Shown here piece by piece: positions 51,956-52,942 of a stretch of 52,942 nt of DNA (the stretch's first letter is position 1; the number at the start of each line of letters is the position of its first letter). Made by a program: the position numbers and the translations under genes. The notes under the pieces were generated by a model. The model saw only the letters and a list, made by a program, of their open reading frames with translations. It had not been told where the DNA came from and did not search any database. The stretch lies in the NCBI GenBank assembly GCA_038209745.1, contig JBBQXJ010000028.1, forward strand, positions 1 through 52,942, written 5' to 3'. Source of the stretch: Verrucomicrobiota bacterium (GTDB taxonomy: Bacteria; Verrucomicrobiota; Verrucomicrobiia; Limisphaerales; CANJSG01).

Positions 51956-52705
51956 TTATCCACGCAACGATTCGACGTTCTTTTCGAGAGCATTCAGACA
52001 CTGCTCCGCTTCTCGCGCATCGCTGGTGCCTGGATGTTTTTCCATCACTCTGCGGTAGATGATCCTTGCTCCATCCCAATTGCCTTTTGATTCAAGTTTT
52101 GATGCTTCTGCCACCCAGTTGCCGTCCACAAGGGAAGTTGGCTCCGCCGCCGCAAGGCCAAGAAGCGCATCTCGCTTGGAATCCAAAAGAACCCACGTTC
52201 CAGCCCACCGCTCCCCCACCCTTCGTCCACGAGCTATTTGGGTGGCCGCAACGAGCATCGCGAATGGCACAAAGAAAACGACGTTTCGCTTTATGCCCTG
52301 TCCTATCGTCACTGCCTCACCTTTCAAGCTTCCGACAGCTCGCAGCCCCATCAGTGACTTGCCAACAAACCGGCCACCAAAACTATCGCGAAGAAGCCAT
52401 GTTCCAAGCGCGATCCAAGTAAAAAGCATGAAAACTCCACCGTAATCACCGACAAGTCCCTTCAGTGCGTCTAAGAAAAACAGATTCCCGACTATTCGAT
52501 TTTGAATCGGGACATTCTGAGCAGAAAGACCTGCAAATTCCGCTGTGATTGGAACAACAAACCAGATGAGTGAATAGTCCAACAGAAAGGCACCGGCTCG
52601 CTTACAAAAGTAGCTGGTTGAACATTTCTTGCAGACCGGTTGACCGAAAATATGCGAGCCCAAGCCCTCTTGGATCTCGCTACTGCATAGAGGACATTGG
52701 CTCAT
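51956..52705 (-). CDS. RDD family protein with N-terminal Zn ribbon and C-terminal TPR-like helix pair; low GC
   Basis: CPLC..CKKC, KRAGAFLLDY, GKSLMGL, GRRVGERWAGTWV, A.KLESKG.WD.A...Y..VMEKHPGT..A.EA; visibly A/T-richer than flanks. Confidence 0.82.
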   Translation of the reverse strand: MSQCPLCSSEIQEGLGSHIFGQPVCKKCSTSYFCKRAGAFLLDYSLIWFVVPITAEFAGLSAQNVPIQNRIVGNLFFLDALKGLVGDYGGVFMLFTWIALGTWLLRDSFGGRFVGKSLMGLRAVGSLKGEAVTIGQGIKRNVVFFVPFAMLVAATQIARGRRVGERWAGTWVLLDSKRDALLGLAAAEPTSLVDGNWVAEASKLESKGNWDGARIIYRRVMEKHPGTSDAREAEQCLNALEKNVESLRG

Positions 52706-52727
52706 TATTTGAATTGAGGCTGCAACG

Positions 52728-52942
52728 TCACTTGTAGCTCCGCGTGCTCATCTTCACTTCCTCGTAGACGAGCGGTTCCTTGTTCAGGATCGGCGCCTTG
52801 GCGGGCGAACCGGCGTATTCCCAGGCGGCCACGAAGGCGAACTGGTCGTCGCGGCGCTTCACGTCGCCGGGGTTGACGATGCCGTCCTGCACTTCCTTGT
52901 CGGCGGCGGTGTATTGGTATTCCTCCCGGAAATGGCCCCCGC
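52728..52942 (-). CDS. sdhA: Succinate dehydrogenase/fumarate reductase flavoprotein subunit, 3' end (partial)
   Basis: Own translation of the minus strand: GGHFREEYQ...RRDDQFAFVAAWEY...KEPLVYEEVKMSTRSYK*. Confidence 0.93.
   Translation of the reverse strand, partial: GGHFREEYQYTAADKEVQDGIVNPGDVKRRDDQFAFVAAWEYAGSPAKAPILNKEPLVYEEVKMSTRSYK

Noticed and set aside
51477..52079. 200-aa ORF as a real ORF6N fusion protein
   Set aside because: Its first 43 aa overlap the RDD gene and its C-terminal half is read-through across the palindromic element; treated as a truncated pseudogene.
50716..52727. Integron cassette array
   Set aside because: No attC-like RYYYAAC...GTTRRRY boundaries around the genes and no integrase visible.

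Overview
High-GC bacterial chromosome segment, most likely Verrucomicrobiota (Pedosphaera/Limisphaera-like). This is inferred from PVC-typical families: PSD1/PSCyt plus DUF1501, a PVC heme-CxxCH protein, Minf_1886, PEP-CTERM proteins and a eukaryote-type HisA. Most of the window is housekeeping or ordinary accessory genes: rlmI, apgM, aroB, lspA, prfB with its +1 frameshift, trpC, deaD, ppnP, hisA, ptsI, sdhB, the 3' end of sdhA, peptidases, glycoside hydrolases and a GAF/PAS hybrid kinase. No rRNA, tRNA or CRISPR array was seen. Best leads: (1) a 126-aa protein at 818-1198 (-) carrying the ParB N-terminal ParA-stimulating peptide (KRGLGRGLESL) fused to two membrane helices, with no DNA-binding domain; (2) a foreign-looking gene boxed by 28-bp inverted repeats of 9-mer units between ppnP and hisA; (3) a ~2-kb cargo pile-up between sdhA and sdhB (low-GC RDD gene, two ORF6N copies, a nested-palindrome element, an orphan toxin-partner gene); (4) a tandem pair of membrane-anchored helical paralogues; (5) repeated promoter geometry suggesting leaderless mRNAs. 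All family calls come from motif recognition by eye; no database search was run.
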